From Oligoflexia bacterium (GTDB taxonomy: Bacteria > Bdellovibrionota > UBA1018), in assembly GCA_963758495.1 (NCBI GenBank), contig CAVWVI010000004.1:832001-896000 (forward strand): a stretch of DNA of 64,000 nt, written 5' to 3'. Below the pieces are notes generated by a model. That model did not search any database and was not told the origin of the DNA. It saw only the letters and a list, made by a program, of their open reading frames with translations. The position numbers were made by a program, and so were the translations under genes. This document shows positions 29,707 to 39,301 of the stretch, piece by piece (the stretch's first letter is position 1; each line of letters starts with the position of its first letter).

Positions 29707-30608
29707 TGTTGAGAATACCATTCTCTTAAATGAGTATGGAATAATCGTGCAGACTTCTCGTATTGAAACCCTTTTAACTCATTAAACCATATACAATCAA
29801 TGAGCTCTGGCTTTCCGGTTTTAATATAAAATAGCCGCCCTTTTTTTAAATAAGAATCCACCACAAATTTGGGAACAATGCCCACACCGACATTTTTTAA
29901 AATGAGTTCTAATACAAAATCAATGGTTGCTCCATAAGCTCTCACTTGAAAAGAACTAGGCTCTTTTCCAAAATGATGCTGAATCCAGCTTTTAAACAGT
30001 TGACCATCCTGATAATATTCAACTACAGGTAATGCTTGAACTTGATTTAAGCTGGGTCTTTCACAGAAAAACTTCTTCGCCGTTACCAACACCAGTTCAT
30101 CTTCAAAAAGCCGTGTCGCAGAAATACTGTTAGTTTCATGATTGAGAGGATAGATAGATAATGCTAGGTCAATTTTATGTTCTAATAAAGAGGATCGAAG
30201 ATCGGCTTGAGAAAGAAATACCAGCTTCACTCGAATTAAGGAATATTTAAGCAAAAACTGAGCTAATAATCCGCTCAACCGGCTTTTTGGAAATCCAATA
30301 AATAAGCCAATCCGCACTATACCCGAAGGGGCTTTCTCTACCAAACTCAAACTTTCTACAGTTTTATGGAGGTGATGTTGGTAGTCTCTAATCGAATTAA
30401 ATAAGATTGAACCCGCTTCGCTGAGGATCAATTTTTTCCCCACTCGATGAAATAATCGAATATTCAACGAATCTTCCAGACTTGAAATAGCTTGGCTGAT
30501 TGCAGATCGAGTCAACAATAGCTTAACTGCTGCCTTGGAAATACCATCACTTTCTACGACGGCTAAGAATGTATTGAGTTTATTCAGATCAATTTGGTTA
30601 AGTTCCAT
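29685..30608 (-). CDS. LysR-family transcriptional regulator
   Basis: N-terminal HTH (ISKAA..L.LTRSAISQAISSLE..L...LFHR), substrate-binding domain; divergent from the folate operon. Confidence 0.92.
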   Translation of the reverse strand: MELNQIDLNKLNTFLAVVESDGISKAAVKLLLTRSAISQAISSLEDSLNIRLFHRVGKKLILSEAGSILFNSIRDYQHHLHKTVESLSLVEKAPSGIVRIGLFIGFPKSRLSGLLAQFLLKYSLIRVKLVFLSQADLRSSLLEHKIDLALSIYPLNHETNSISATRLFEDELVLVTAKKFFCERPSLNQVQALPVVEYYQDGQLFKSWIQHHFGKEPSSFQVRAYGATIDFVLELILKNVGVGIVPKFVVDSYLKKGRLFYIKTGKPELIDCIWFNELKGFQYEKSARLFHTHLREWYSQHSACQQP

Positions 30609-30669
30609 TAAACAAAGTGTTTAATTGATTTAATTTTACTAATCAATAGAAGTCCATCATATGTAGTGA

Positions 30670-31326
30670 ATGAAATTTACTGAAACACTCGTAATGAAGC
30701 TTTCGGATAAACATCTTTTAAAACATGAGTTTTATCAGGCATGGAGTGCGGGCACAATATCTTTGGAAACATTGCGTCTCTATGCTCAGCAATATTATCA
30801 GCATGTCAAAGCTTTTCCTCGATATATTAGCGCTACTCATTCAAATTGTGATGATATTCGAGCAAGACAAGTGCTGTTGGAAAATCTAAATGAAGAAGAA
30901 GGTGGATCTAATCACCACCCTGAGCTTTGGATGCGCTTCGCCGAGGGTCTAGGAGCACCTCGCGCAACTTTGACTCATCCTGAATTACTTCCAGAAACTT
31001 GTGAATTAGTGAACACTTTTTTAACGTCCTCACGTCGCTCATATGCAGAAGGTTTGGGCGTATTATTTGCTTATGAGCATCAAATTCCTGAAATTGCTAC
31101 TTTCAAAATCGATGCACTTAAGAAGCATTACTGCATAGAAGACCCATCAACACTTGAGTTTTTCGAAGTACACCGACAAGCCGATGTTTATCACACTCAG
31201 GCATTGAGCAATCTATTAGAAGAACTTTCTACTACCGAAAAACTGCAAACTGAAAAAGCCGCTCAAATTGCAGCAAATCAGCTTTGGAGATTTTTAGATG
31301 GCATCCACCGCACCCAGTCTATTTAG
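30670..31326 (+). CDS. CADD/CT610-like heme-oxygenase-fold di-metal protein (alternative pABA synthase)
   Basis: HLLKHEFYQAW, YY.HVKAFPRY, NL.EE...HPELW, AYE.QIP.IA..K, H...D..H; first gene of a fol operon. Confidence 0.88.
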   Translation: MKFTETLVMKLSDKHLLKHEFYQAWSAGTISLETLRLYAQQYYQHVKAFPRYISATHSNCDDIRARQVLLENLNEEEGGSNHHPELWMRFAEGLGAPRATLTHPELLPETCELVNTFLTSSRRSYAEGLGVLFAYEHQIPEIATFKIDALKKHYCIEDPSTLEFFEVHRQADVYHTQALSNLLEELSTTEKLQTEKAAQIAANQLWRFLDGIHRTQSI

Positions 31327-31684
31327 TACCCTTGCTCTTCATAGTCTAAAATATAAAGTCAGGTTAGGATGCACTCCCGAGGAGCGTAGCGTCCCTCAGG
31401 GTGTTCGATTTGACATTCAAATTCGATTTGAGTCTCTTCCTGGAGGCAGCTTCAACGACGACCTGAACGAAACGATCTGCTACGCTAAGTTAAGTAATCG
31501 AGCCCGAGTGATTTGTGATATGCGAGAGTACCAGCTGATTGAAAAGTTAGGATGGGATGCATTTTCTGCTTTAAAAGAAATCATCCCCCCCAACGTGAAG
31601 CTTTGGCTTCGTGTTACAAAAGAAAAGCCTCCTGTAGCTGAGTTAGAGGGGGGTGCGAGCTTTAGCGTGGGAGAATGGATTTAG
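31298..31684 (+). CDS. folB: Dihydroneopterin aldolase
   Basis: LGCTPEER..PQ, DDLNETICY, LIEKL, VTKEKPP. Confidence 0.88.
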   Translation: MASTAPSLFSTLALHSLKYKVRLGCTPEERSVPQGVRFDIQIRFESLPGGSFNDDLNETICYAKLSNRARVICDMREYQLIEKLGWDAFSALKEIIPPNVKLWLRVTKEKPPVAELEGGASFSVGEWI

Positions 31685-31689
31685 CTTTC

Positions 31690-33045
31690 ATGATTTTGCT
31701 AGGTTTGGGAAGTAACTGTGGAGATCGAATAGGTTATTTGCGTGCGGCAATTCAAAAATTGAAATCAGGAGAAGGTCCCTCTTCGATAAAAATTTTTGCA
31801 ATTTCTCCCATTTATGAATCAGATGCACTTTTACCTGAAAATGCCCCCCCGAGCTGGGATCAAGCATTCCTGAATTTAACTATTCTTGCAAAAACAAATC
31901 TTTCTCCTACTGAACTTCTGAAAGTCGTTAAATCCATTGAAAAGTCCATCGGCAGAAAAGACCGTGGTCGTTGGGCTCCAAGAGAAATCGATATTGATAT
32001 TTTGGCAATGGATTCCCTGATTTTTGAAGCAGAAGGTCTAAAAATTCCACATCCATCCTTACTCGATCGACCCTTCGCAATGCTCCCATTAGCCGATTTA
32101 CTTCCGCAATGGAAATATCCTATTCCAGGCTCGAATTCAAACCGATCCGCCATGGAAATTGTGTCTCAATGGAAAGGGAAAGCACTTGAGCAAATTCCAT
32201 CCCGTACTCACCGATCTACACAATGCCTCACTGAGTTCATGGGCATTTTAAATATCACACCCAATTCTTTTTCGGATGGAGGACGCTTTCTCAGTCCTGA
32301 AGCTGTCTTAAATCAGGCACGCCAACTTGTTTCCGACGGGGTTCGAGTACTTGACTTGGGGGCAGAAGCGACGAACCCTTCTGCCACTCCGATTTCCCCC
32401 GACGAAGAATGGCAACGACTTGAACCTATTATTGCCATGCTCCAATCAGAAGTATGGAATTCTACAGCTCCTGTACAATTAAGTTTAGACACACGACATG
32501 CCGAAGTCGCCGTTCGCGGCATTCAATGTGGAGTGAACTGGATTAATGATGTAAGCGGTTTTGATGACATTGCGATGAGAAAAGCAGTAGTGGAATCGAA
32601 TGTTCACCTAGTTATGATGCATAGCTTAGTGGTACCTGCGAACAAACAAATCAATTTATCCACCGATCGAGATCCAGTGTCTGAGATTCTCAGTTGGGCT
32701 GAAAATAGAATTGAAACGCTTGTGAAATTAGGAATATCTCGTGAAAGAATTATTTTTGATCCGGGATTTGGATTCGGTAAGACCATTGAGCAATCGTGGA
32801 TACTCCTCAGAGAAATGAGAAGATTTCACGAATTAGGAGTGAGAATTTTAGCAGGCCATTCACGAAAGTCTTTTCTTTCCTCGATTACCGGATCTAAGGC
32901 AACCGAAAGAGACATTGAAACTGCCGCGCTGACCCTCGGTCTCGCTGAAAAAGGGGTCGACTACCTTCGAGTTCATAACGCCGAAATCAATGCACGTAGC
33001 CTCAAAAGCTGGACTCAATTCAACGGAGTCAGTCAATGGCAGTGA
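31690..33045 (+). CDS. folKP: Bifunctional HPPK-dihydropteroate synthase
   Basis: LGLGSN, RWAPREIDIDIL, IPHP..L.RPF (FolK) fused to MGILNITPNSFSDGG, DPGFGFGK, GHSRKSF, RVHN (FolP). Confidence 0.93.
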   Translation: MILLGLGSNCGDRIGYLRAAIQKLKSGEGPSSIKIFAISPIYESDALLPENAPPSWDQAFLNLTILAKTNLSPTELLKVVKSIEKSIGRKDRGRWAPREIDIDILAMDSLIFEAEGLKIPHPSLLDRPFAMLPLADLLPQWKYPIPGSNSNRSAMEIVSQWKGKALEQIPSRTHRSTQCLTEFMGILNITPNSFSDGGRFLSPEAVLNQARQLVSDGVRVLDLGAEATNPSATPISPDEEWQRLEPIIAMLQSEVWNSTAPVQLSLDTRHAEVAVRGIQCGVNWINDVSGFDDIAMRKAVVESNVHLVMMHSLVVPANKQINLSTDRDPVSEILSWAENRIETLVKLGISRERIIFDPGFGFGKTIEQSWILLREMRRFHELGVRILAGHSRKSFLSSITGSKATERDIETAALTLGLAEKGVDYLRVHNAEINARSLKSWTQFNGVSQWQ

Positions 33046-34325
33046 TGAGTTATTCTGAAATCATTCATGAACTAGAATCTAGAGGAGTTATGCCAGATCG
33101 AACTCCTAGCCTAGAGCCCATGCAGAACGCTTTAGAGATCTTATTACCCAAGCTCAACGTGGATCCGAGCAAGACCATCCTTGTCGCTGGCACAAATGGC
33201 AAGGGAAGTGTTTGTGCGACTCTCGAAGCGCTCTTTATGGCAGCGGGCGAAACTGTGGGACTCTACACCTCCCCTCACTTAGTAGATACTACTGAAAGAA
33301 TTCGGATTCAGGGCCAAGACATCTCTCAGGAGCTTTTTTCTCGAGCCTATCAACAAATTCTGAGAATATTAAATACTCCAGAAGCCTTAAATAAGATCCG
33401 TAATGTGAAATTTAGTCATTTTGAAATGCTGACTCTTATGGCTGCTTGGATTTTCTACTCCGGCAAAGACTCGCCTAGAGTGGATCGCTCCATTTTCGAA
33501 GTGGGCTTAGGAGGCACGTGGGATGCCACAAATGCAATTCCTCACACGAGTTGTGTCATTACTCCTTTAGGGTATGATCATCAGAATCTATTGGGCTCTA
33601 CATTGTCTGAAATCGCGAGTAATAAATTTGGAATTGTCACGAGAGAATCTGTCGTAGTTCACGCTCCCTTACCTGATGAGGTAAAAAAATACGCAAAGGA
33701 AGTTGAAGCACTCACTCACAGTAAATGGCGAGAATGTATTCCTTTTAATTTAAAAATAGACAAGAAAGAAAGAACTCCTATTTTTACTCTTCAAACTCCT
33801 TGGGGGGACGCTCCCTTATCTCTAGCGGGCAAACGTGCTGCCCAGAATTCTGCTATTGCCCTCACGTTGTTTCAAGAACTTGGATATGCGCCAAAACTTT
33901 ATCTTTCAGTGCTCAAGCACGTCCGCTGGCCAGGAAGAATGGAGAAAATCTCAAGTACTCAAACGGGTTGTCCGATTTACGTATCGGGAGATCATAATCC
34001 TCAAGGCATACAAAGCTTACTTGAGCTGCTCACTGATTATCCAAGAAATCATTTATTTATTTTAGCGGGTATTGGAAAAGACAAAGATCAGGATGGAATT
34101 TTAAACCCTCTTTTTTCCCTCGAAAATTCTTCTATTTATCTTACTGAGATTCCATTTCGAGGTCGCTCCATAAACGACTATGGAAGCTGGTTAAACCATG
34201 CCCAAGGGGCGTGGCCCGATCCCATGCAAGCTCTTCAAGAACTCATAAAATTAGCTAAGCCAAACGATATGATTCTCGTTACCGGCTCTTTATATCTTGT
34301 AGGGTACATTAAGCAGCAACTATAA
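33036..34325 (+). CDS. folC: Dihydrofolate synthase / folylpolyglutamate synthase
   Basis: VAGTNGKGS, YTSPHL, EVGLGGTWDATN, WPGRME, TGSLYLVG. Confidence 0.93.
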   Translation: MAVMSYSEIIHELESRGVMPDRTPSLEPMQNALEILLPKLNVDPSKTILVAGTNGKGSVCATLEALFMAAGETVGLYTSPHLVDTTERIRIQGQDISQELFSRAYQQILRILNTPEALNKIRNVKFSHFEMLTLMAAWIFYSGKDSPRVDRSIFEVGLGGTWDATNAIPHTSCVITPLGYDHQNLLGSTLSEIASNKFGIVTRESVVVHAPLPDEVKKYAKEVEALTHSKWRECIPFNLKIDKKERTPIFTLQTPWGDAPLSLAGKRAAQNSAIALTLFQELGYAPKLYLSVLKHVRWPGRMEKISSTQTGCPIYVSGDHNPQGIQSLLELLTDYPRNHLFILAGIGKDKDQDGILNPLFSLENSSIYLTEIPFRGRSINDYGSWLNHAQGAWPDPMQALQELIKLAKPNDMILVTGSLYLVGYIKQQL

Positions 34326-34397
34326 AATATGTATTTGGCCTTCAATGCATTTTCTCAATCTCTTCACCTTTGATCCTTTTAATTTTTAGGAGGCTGT

Positions 34398-34413
34398 TGG
34401 TCATGTTTTTGCA
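34398..34413 (+). promoter_or_regulatory. Candidate sigma54 (-24/-12) promoter
   Basis: TGGTCATGTTTTTGCA (GG-N10-GC) about 30 nt upstream of ATG 34445. Confidence 0.4.
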
Positions 34414-34444
34414 GCGTTTAACAATAGTGGAGGAGGTAATATTT

Positions 34445-34837
34445 ATGGTTAGGAGAATCAGTACATTATTAGCACTTGGATTAGTAGTCCTTTGGATTGC
34501 CGGCTTAGGGAGCCCAACCAGTACCAGTTGGTTAACTTGGCTAGACGGATTAGCAGCACTGGCTGCATTTGGTATTGCAGCCTTGACTCCAACCTATGCA
34601 AGGAGGAGTGCTCGCATGGGTGAGCCGGTTGCTCTTTCAGTTGGATTATTTGCACTTTTTGTAATTGGGTTAGCAACTGGGGCCACTCTTTGGCAAGCCT
34701 GGTGGACATTTGCATTTGCCTGTGCGTTTTTGATCTTGGGATTCTCAGCAAGAGAGAGAAAACAAATCCCAGAAATGGCATCTCGGTCCCAATTAGAAAT
34801 AGAGCATGAGCGTGAAAAAATGCGTCGAAGCGCTTAA
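34445..34837 (+). CDS. Small four-TM membrane protein (SPW-repeat-like)
   Basis: Strong RBS GGAGGAGG; two repeated hydrophobic hairpins rich in Trp and Gly. Confidence 0.7.
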   Translation: MVRRISTLLALGLVVLWIAGLGSPTSTSWLTWLDGLAALAAFGIAALTPTYARRSARMGEPVALSVGLFALFVIGLATGATLWQAWWTFAFACAFLILGFSARERKQIPEMASRSQLEIEHEREKMRRSA

Positions 34838-35235
34838 GCAGCACGAGCAGGTTCGTGAGTGAGTATCTCTACTAAAATCCTTAATGCATCAGTGGCAGTA
34901 AAAATGCCGATAATTTTTTGCGATCTGAGGATAACAGCATAATCACTTTTACTTTTCACCATCTCAGTCACAACGTCTGCCACTGCAGCATCGGGACTCA
35001 CGACATAACAATGTCGGCTCATCGCATCTGACACTAGCAATCGACGAGTGGATTGTACGGATAATGCTAGTCGCACATTAGAATAAAGAAGCACTCCAAG
35101 CAATGAGCCCACTTTCTCTACTGGGAGATGTCGAATTTTATAACGCTCCATTAACTCCAATGACTCTGTTAACGGAAAGTCTGGAGTTACAGTATAAGGC
35201 ATTGCCGTCATAAATTCTTTAATTTTTCCCATCAT
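34834..35235 (-). CDS. CBS-domain protein
   Basis: KEFMT..P, IRHLPV, IGIFTATDAL. Confidence 0.85.
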   Translation of the reverse strand: MMGKIKEFMTAMPYTVTPDFPLTESLELMERYKIRHLPVEKVGSLLGVLLYSNVRLALSVQSTRRLLVSDAMSRHCYVVSPDAAVADVVTEMVKSKSDYAVILRSQKIIGIFTATDALRILVEILTHEPARAA

Positions 35236-35335
35236 AAATTCCTCTTCGCTCAAAAATATTAAACCCTTGTAACAAAACAGGGGGAAATGCAAATTCCGCG
35301 CTGAGCAAAACCTCTCCGAGGCGCCAGGAAAAATA

Positions 35336-35986
35336 TTACGATACCATTTTATTACGTATTACCAACCGGTGGGTGCCTTTCTTTTTTGCCGCCTGAATCA
35401 GATTAATAATTCTTTCCGAAGGTCCACCTACTTCTAAAATAGAATTATCCTTGGCATAATCTAATGCGGATTTCTGAATGTGATCCTTCGCATTCAGATC
35501 AATATTATTCTTCTTAACAAGCAGCTCTACAACCTTGGCACAAGAATCCGAGGCAGCAAAAATCAAAGCGGTTCTTCCATCGGTATCCTTAGCATTCACA
35601 TCTGCATTATGTTGAAGAAGAATTTCTACCGCTTTTGGATAGCAATTTCGTGATGCAAGCATTAAGGCTGTCTCACCTGAGTCCGATGTACTGTTGGAAT
35701 CTGCTCCACTCTTGAGAAGAGTCTGTAACTCGTGCGTCCGCCCCTCCCTGGAAGCAATCCGCAATGAGCCATTCAGAATATTCTGCGGATCAAGCTCTAA
35801 TGAAATTCTCATCCCAGGGGTAGACCTTCTTGAATAATACTGAGGCATATCAGTCTCCCACATTGAATAATCGGCATAGGATAAATACGATCCCAAAATG
35901 GAGCTCCCGAAAACGAGCGTCAAAAAACACAATCTCATACTTTTAATTGAGAAAAAATGAGCGTTCATAGGTTCCCCCGATAGCAC
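35336..35986 (-). CDS. Secreted ankyrin-repeat protein
   Basis: GETALMLAS, ADVNAKDTDGRTALIFAA, SALDYA; N-terminal hydrophobic signal. Confidence 0.88.
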   Translation of the reverse strand: MLSGEPMNAHFFSIKSMRLCFLTLVFGSSILGSYLSYADYSMWETDMPQYYSRRSTPGMRISLELDPQNILNGSLRIASREGRTHELQTLLKSGADSNSTSDSGETALMLASRNCYPKAVEILLQHNADVNAKDTDGRTALIFAASDSCAKVVELLVKKNNIDLNAKDHIQKSALDYAKDNSILEVGGPSERIINLIQAAKKKGTHRLVIRNKMVS

Positions 35987-36094
35987 TTTATAGCTACCTG
36001 CCCATCCTATAACATATTATTTTAAAAATAGTTTCTTATAGTTTTAGAGTACCCAGAAGCGTCGCTTTCTTTAGGTTTTAGCTGCTTGATCTAT

Positions 36095-36415
36095 TCATGA
36101 ATTCCATAATAAAACTGCAGTTTTTAATACACCTTGATAAAATAGATTAGAGACCAATTCAGTTTCCGATAAAATTGAAAAATCTATTCTTCGATCTCCC
36201 AATTTTTTCTTAAAGTGACTGAGAATACGAAATCTTTCTTTTACTAATTCTTTGGCTTTTTTGGAAGAACGCACAATCAGGAGAAGATCAATATCGCCCC
36301 CTCTAAGCGAAGCATCAATTCTACTTCCATAAAGATAAAGATTTCCCTCTCCTTCCTCTAATAAGGCAGAGAGCGTATCAATAAAAACGCTTATTTCTTC
36401 AGGCTTAAGTCTCAT
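36095..36415 (-). CDS. Minimal nucleotidyltransferase (MNT)
   Basis: LYGSR....RGGDIDLL motif; 106 aa. Confidence 0.85.
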   Translation of the reverse strand: MRLKPEEISVFIDTLSALLEEGEGNLYLYGSRIDASLRGGDIDLLLIVRSSKKAKELVKERFRILSHFKKKLGDRRIDFSILSETELVSNLFYQGVLKTAVLLWNS

Positions 36416-36418
36416 ATT

Positions 36419-36853
36419 TTAAAGTTTATTTTTTAGTTCAATCAAAATAGGTGCTAACTCTCTCATTTTCTCAAAATCAGTAGAAAGTTTATTTTCTGAG
36501 TATTCATGAGCAGAAGAATTTCTTAACTCCCGAATAGTCATCCAAGTTTCTGAGTCATTTACAAGTCCTAGCTTTTCAGCTTGATCTACAAAATCCCTAA
36601 GCGACCCACGAAACGCAGGATCCCCTTTTAAAACATAACTTCTGACATATTTAGAAAGGAAAATATCACTCACTCGTCCAAAGCGAGCCACAAACCCCTC
36701 CCAAGTTTCCAAATCTTCTGTACTGAGCGTCTTTACATCTGAAGAAAGCTTTAAAATTTTTTTATAGCTATAAGCTAGGTGCTCAATTCCTTTTTTGATC
36801 TGACTACAATACTCGTTGAGAAGGTGGTCGATTAACATAATAAATACGATCAT
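36419..36853 (-). CDS. HEPN-domain protein (nucleotidyltransferase substrate-binding type)
   Basis: AEKLGLV...W..IRELRNSSAHEY with RxxxxH motif; coupled to the MNT gene. Confidence 0.82.
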   Translation of the reverse strand: MIVFIMLIDHLLNEYCSQIKKGIEHLAYSYKKILKLSSDVKTLSTEDLETWEGFVARFGRVSDIFLSKYVRSYVLKGDPAFRGSLRDFVDQAEKLGLVNDSETWMTIRELRNSSAHEYSENKLSTDFEKMRELAPILIELKNKL

Positions 36854-36950
36854 ATATCATCGCAAAGGTGATGACTCACCTAGAAAGAGGCATTCAAAGT
36901 AAAAAAGACTGTTATAATCCCATAAAATAGATTAAGAATCATGACTCATT

Positions 36951-37035
36951 GCTCGCGTGGTGAAATTGGCAGACACGCTGGCCTTAGAAGCCAGTGCCGA
37001 GAGGCGTGGGGGTTCAAGTCCCTCCGCGAGCACCA
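36951..37035 (+). tRNA. tRNA-Leu (anticodon TAG)
   Basis: GCTCGCG/CGCGAGC stem, anticodon stem CTGGC/GCCAG with CT-TAG-AA loop, long variable arm, CCA. Confidence 0.95.
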
Positions 37036-37099
37036 AAATTCTATAATATCAAACAATTAAGCCTCTTTTTCAAACCATACATAATCGTAAAAAGTTCCT

Positions 37100-37134
37100 T
37101 TAGGGCTGTTGATAAGCACTCCTTGCAGTGCTTA
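37100..37134. repeat. Dispersed repeat, copy D (internally deleted)
   Basis: TTAGGGCTGTTGATAAGCACT fused directly to CCTTGCAGTGCTTA. Confidence 0.75.
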
Positions 37135-37138
37135 CTCA

Positions 37139-37381
37139 TCATTCGTGATCTGAGTCACGACCTGAGCAAGGTTCGCCTTTTAGACTTATATGAGCATCAT
37201 GACAGCCATGTTGGGTACTCTCACGTAAATCTCCTCGCCCCCCGACGGCAAACTTAGAAAACAGCTTTTTTGTACTTTTATTATTACATTTCAAACACTT
37301 ACCCTGATCTGGGTCCGAATTAGAAGTAATTTGCTCAAATATACTCTGGCAGCTCTCACAATAATATTCATAAAGAACCAT
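37139..37381 (-). CDS. FmdB-family zinc-ribbon protein
   Basis: LYEYYCESC...FE...CLKC...KLFS. Confidence 0.85.
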   Translation of the reverse strand: MVLYEYYCESCQSIFEQITSNSDPDQGKCLKCNNKSTKKLFSKFAVGGRGDLRESTQHGCHDAHISLKGEPCSGRDSDHE

Positions 37382-37432
37382 AAACAAATATTATCATGTT
37401 TGCCCAAGATTGTTATATAGAGAGGACACTGC

Positions 37433-37510
37433 GACCTCGTAGCTCAGTTGGATTAGAGCAGGTGCCTTCTAAGCATCAGGTCGGGGGTTCGAACCCCTCC
37501 GAGGTCGCCA
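37433..37510 (+). tRNA. tRNA-Arg (anticodon TCT)
   Basis: GACCTCG/CGAGGTC stem, CT-TCT-AA loop, TTCGAAC T-loop, GCCA end. Confidence 0.95.
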
Positions 37511-37591
37511 TTTCTACCTATTTTTCATGTCGTTTGATTTTTCTAAGAAGATCGTTCAAGTCGGCCTCTCATCATTTCGGTGCTAAGTTTT

Positions 37592-39232
37592 TCATTTCTG
37601 TCTATCCTTTCTAGGGAGACTAAACGTAAACGTGCTCCCTTCCCCTGATTTACTCACCACTCTGATCGCTCCACCGTGAAGATTGATGATACTTTTAGAG
37701 ATGAATAACCCGAGCCCAAGGCCACTAGTCCGCACTTCCCGATCAGATAACCCTCTCCGAAACGGTTGAAAAAGCTCCGATTGCTGATCCTCAGGCACTC
37801 CAAGTCCATGGTCTTTAACGGAGACAGTCACAAGGCTGGGAGTGGCTTCAAGCGTAATTTCAACGGGTGTATTTTCAGGTGTATATTTGCTTGCATTATC
37901 GAGCAAATTTGAAATCACCTGATAAATTCTTATAGGATCTATGTTGATTTCGATAGGTACGTTAGGTTTTGAAAATGTAAAAAGTCGGGTGGACGATAGG
38001 AGCCTAAATGCATCGATGCACTCTGAAACCAGTGAAACGATATCGGTAAGCTGAAGTTTTAATTTCAAAATTCCTCGCTCTAGCCGTGAAACATCTAGAA
38101 GATCAACCACAAGACGGTAAAGGCGGTCAGCCTGCACACGCAGACGTTTTAAAGTTAAAATATCGACAGGACACCCCTTATTTTCAAGTTGCATTTGCGA
38201 AAGCTGGAGCATCAAAGTAAATGCGGTTACGGGAGTGCGTAGCTCATGAGCTGCAATATCCAGAAAGTGGGATTTTAAACGCATGACCCTTTCGGCGGTC
38301 TCGCGCGCCTCCCGCAAATCATGAACATCTGTATTTGTCCCGATCCAACGAACCACCTGACCCATTTCGTTCTTTACAGGAACGACTCGGGTCAGAAACC
38401 ATCGGAATTGTCCACTCCCAGATTTCAACAGAAGAGTTTGCTCGAAGGGCTCCTTGGTTTCAAGTGCCTTTCGCCAGGCTTCGAGCACTTGAGGGAGTTT
38501 GCTGGGATCGAGGACACGCTGCCATCCCCATCCTTTCATCTCCTCCGGGGTTGTTCCTGTAAAATTATACCATCGCTGATTGTACCAATATAAGTCGCCG
38601 TTAGGCTTGGCCATGTAAACGAGCTGTGGCATAGCGTCGGTCAAAGATCGAAAGATACTTTCGCTCTCACGGAGAGAGGAGGATCTTTCTTCGACTCTCT
38701 TTTCCAGGGTCTCATTAACAAGGCGAAGTTGCTCTTCGCTTTTCTTTAATTCGCTCTCTGCGGTCTTTCGTTCACTTACTTCTCGCTGAAGAACCTTATT
38801 TATTTCGGTCAGGTCCAAAGCCTGTTTCTCCAGTATCATGCCCCGTTGCGCTGCCACTGCCGCTGTCTCTGCGAGAGCAATGATTGGATGGCGAAGTCTG
38901 TATAGATGGATCCCTGTGCCAAGCGAAGCGATTGCAGTAATCGTTTTTATGAGTGCGGCGATCCAATAGTCTGGGTGCCAAAGCGTCCAGACCTCCATAA
39001 AGTGAGTGCAGCCACAGGCCCCAATAAAAACACCAAAACCGAGAATGACCAAGCTAAAAGGCACTTTGATGCGCCGAAGGAGGGCCCATACGGTCACTGA
39101 AATGCTGGCATAAGCCACTCCGATCAGGAGATCTGCGAACATCATTGTCCACACCAAACTTTGTTTACTTAGGTAGCAATGAACGTGCGGCATAAAGCCT
39201 GGGTTCGCAAAAAACTGGCTCAACATAAGCAA
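37592..39232 (-). CDS. Histidine kinase with ethylene-receptor-like transmembrane domain and PAS domain
   Basis: ADLLIGVAY..I and FIGACGCTHF resemble ETR1 TM motifs; PAS (DAMPQLV...WYNQRW...GWGW); HELRTP; GLGLGL. Confidence 0.85.
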   Translation of the reverse strand: MLMLSQFFANPGFMPHVHCYLSKQSLVWTMMFADLLIGVAYASISVTVWALLRRIKVPFSLVILGFGVFIGACGCTHFMEVWTLWHPDYWIAALIKTITAIASLGTGIHLYRLRHPIIALAETAAVAAQRGMILEKQALDLTEINKVLQREVSERKTAESELKKSEEQLRLVNETLEKRVEERSSSLRESESIFRSLTDAMPQLVYMAKPNGDLYWYNQRWYNFTGTTPEEMKGWGWQRVLDPSKLPQVLEAWRKALETKEPFEQTLLLKSGSGQFRWFLTRVVPVKNEMGQVVRWIGTNTDVHDLREARETAERVMRLKSHFLDIAAHELRTPVTAFTLMLQLSQMQLENKGCPVDILTLKRLRVQADRLYRLVVDLLDVSRLERGILKLKLQLTDIVSLVSECIDAFRLLSSTRLFTFSKPNVPIEINIDPIRIYQVISNLLDNASKYTPENTPVEITLEATPSLVTVSVKDHGLGVPEDQQSELFQPFRRGLSDREVRTSGLGLGLFISKSIINLHGGAIRVVSKSGEGSTFTFSLPRKDRQK

Positions 39233-39241
39233 GAAATGGAT

Positions 39242-39257
39242 TGCACGCTATATGCCC
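39242..39257 (-). promoter_or_regulatory. Candidate sigma54 promoter
   Basis: Minus strand GGGCATATAGCGTGCA (GG-N10-GC) immediately upstream of the kinase ORF. Confidence 0.3.
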
Positions 39258-39301
39258 ACATTGCGCATCCAATAACTGATTAGATCGATGAACTCAGGTC
39301 G

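Noticed and set aside
29552..29785. 77-aa ORF, and ORFs 36994-37257, 26632-26880, 48607-48822 and 60173-60373
   Set aside because: They read through repeats, the MITE or tRNA sequence (e.g. the shared FRAVDKH comes from the repeat end); likely spurious
37396..37614. 72-aa ORF
   Set aside because: Overlaps tRNA-Arg entirely
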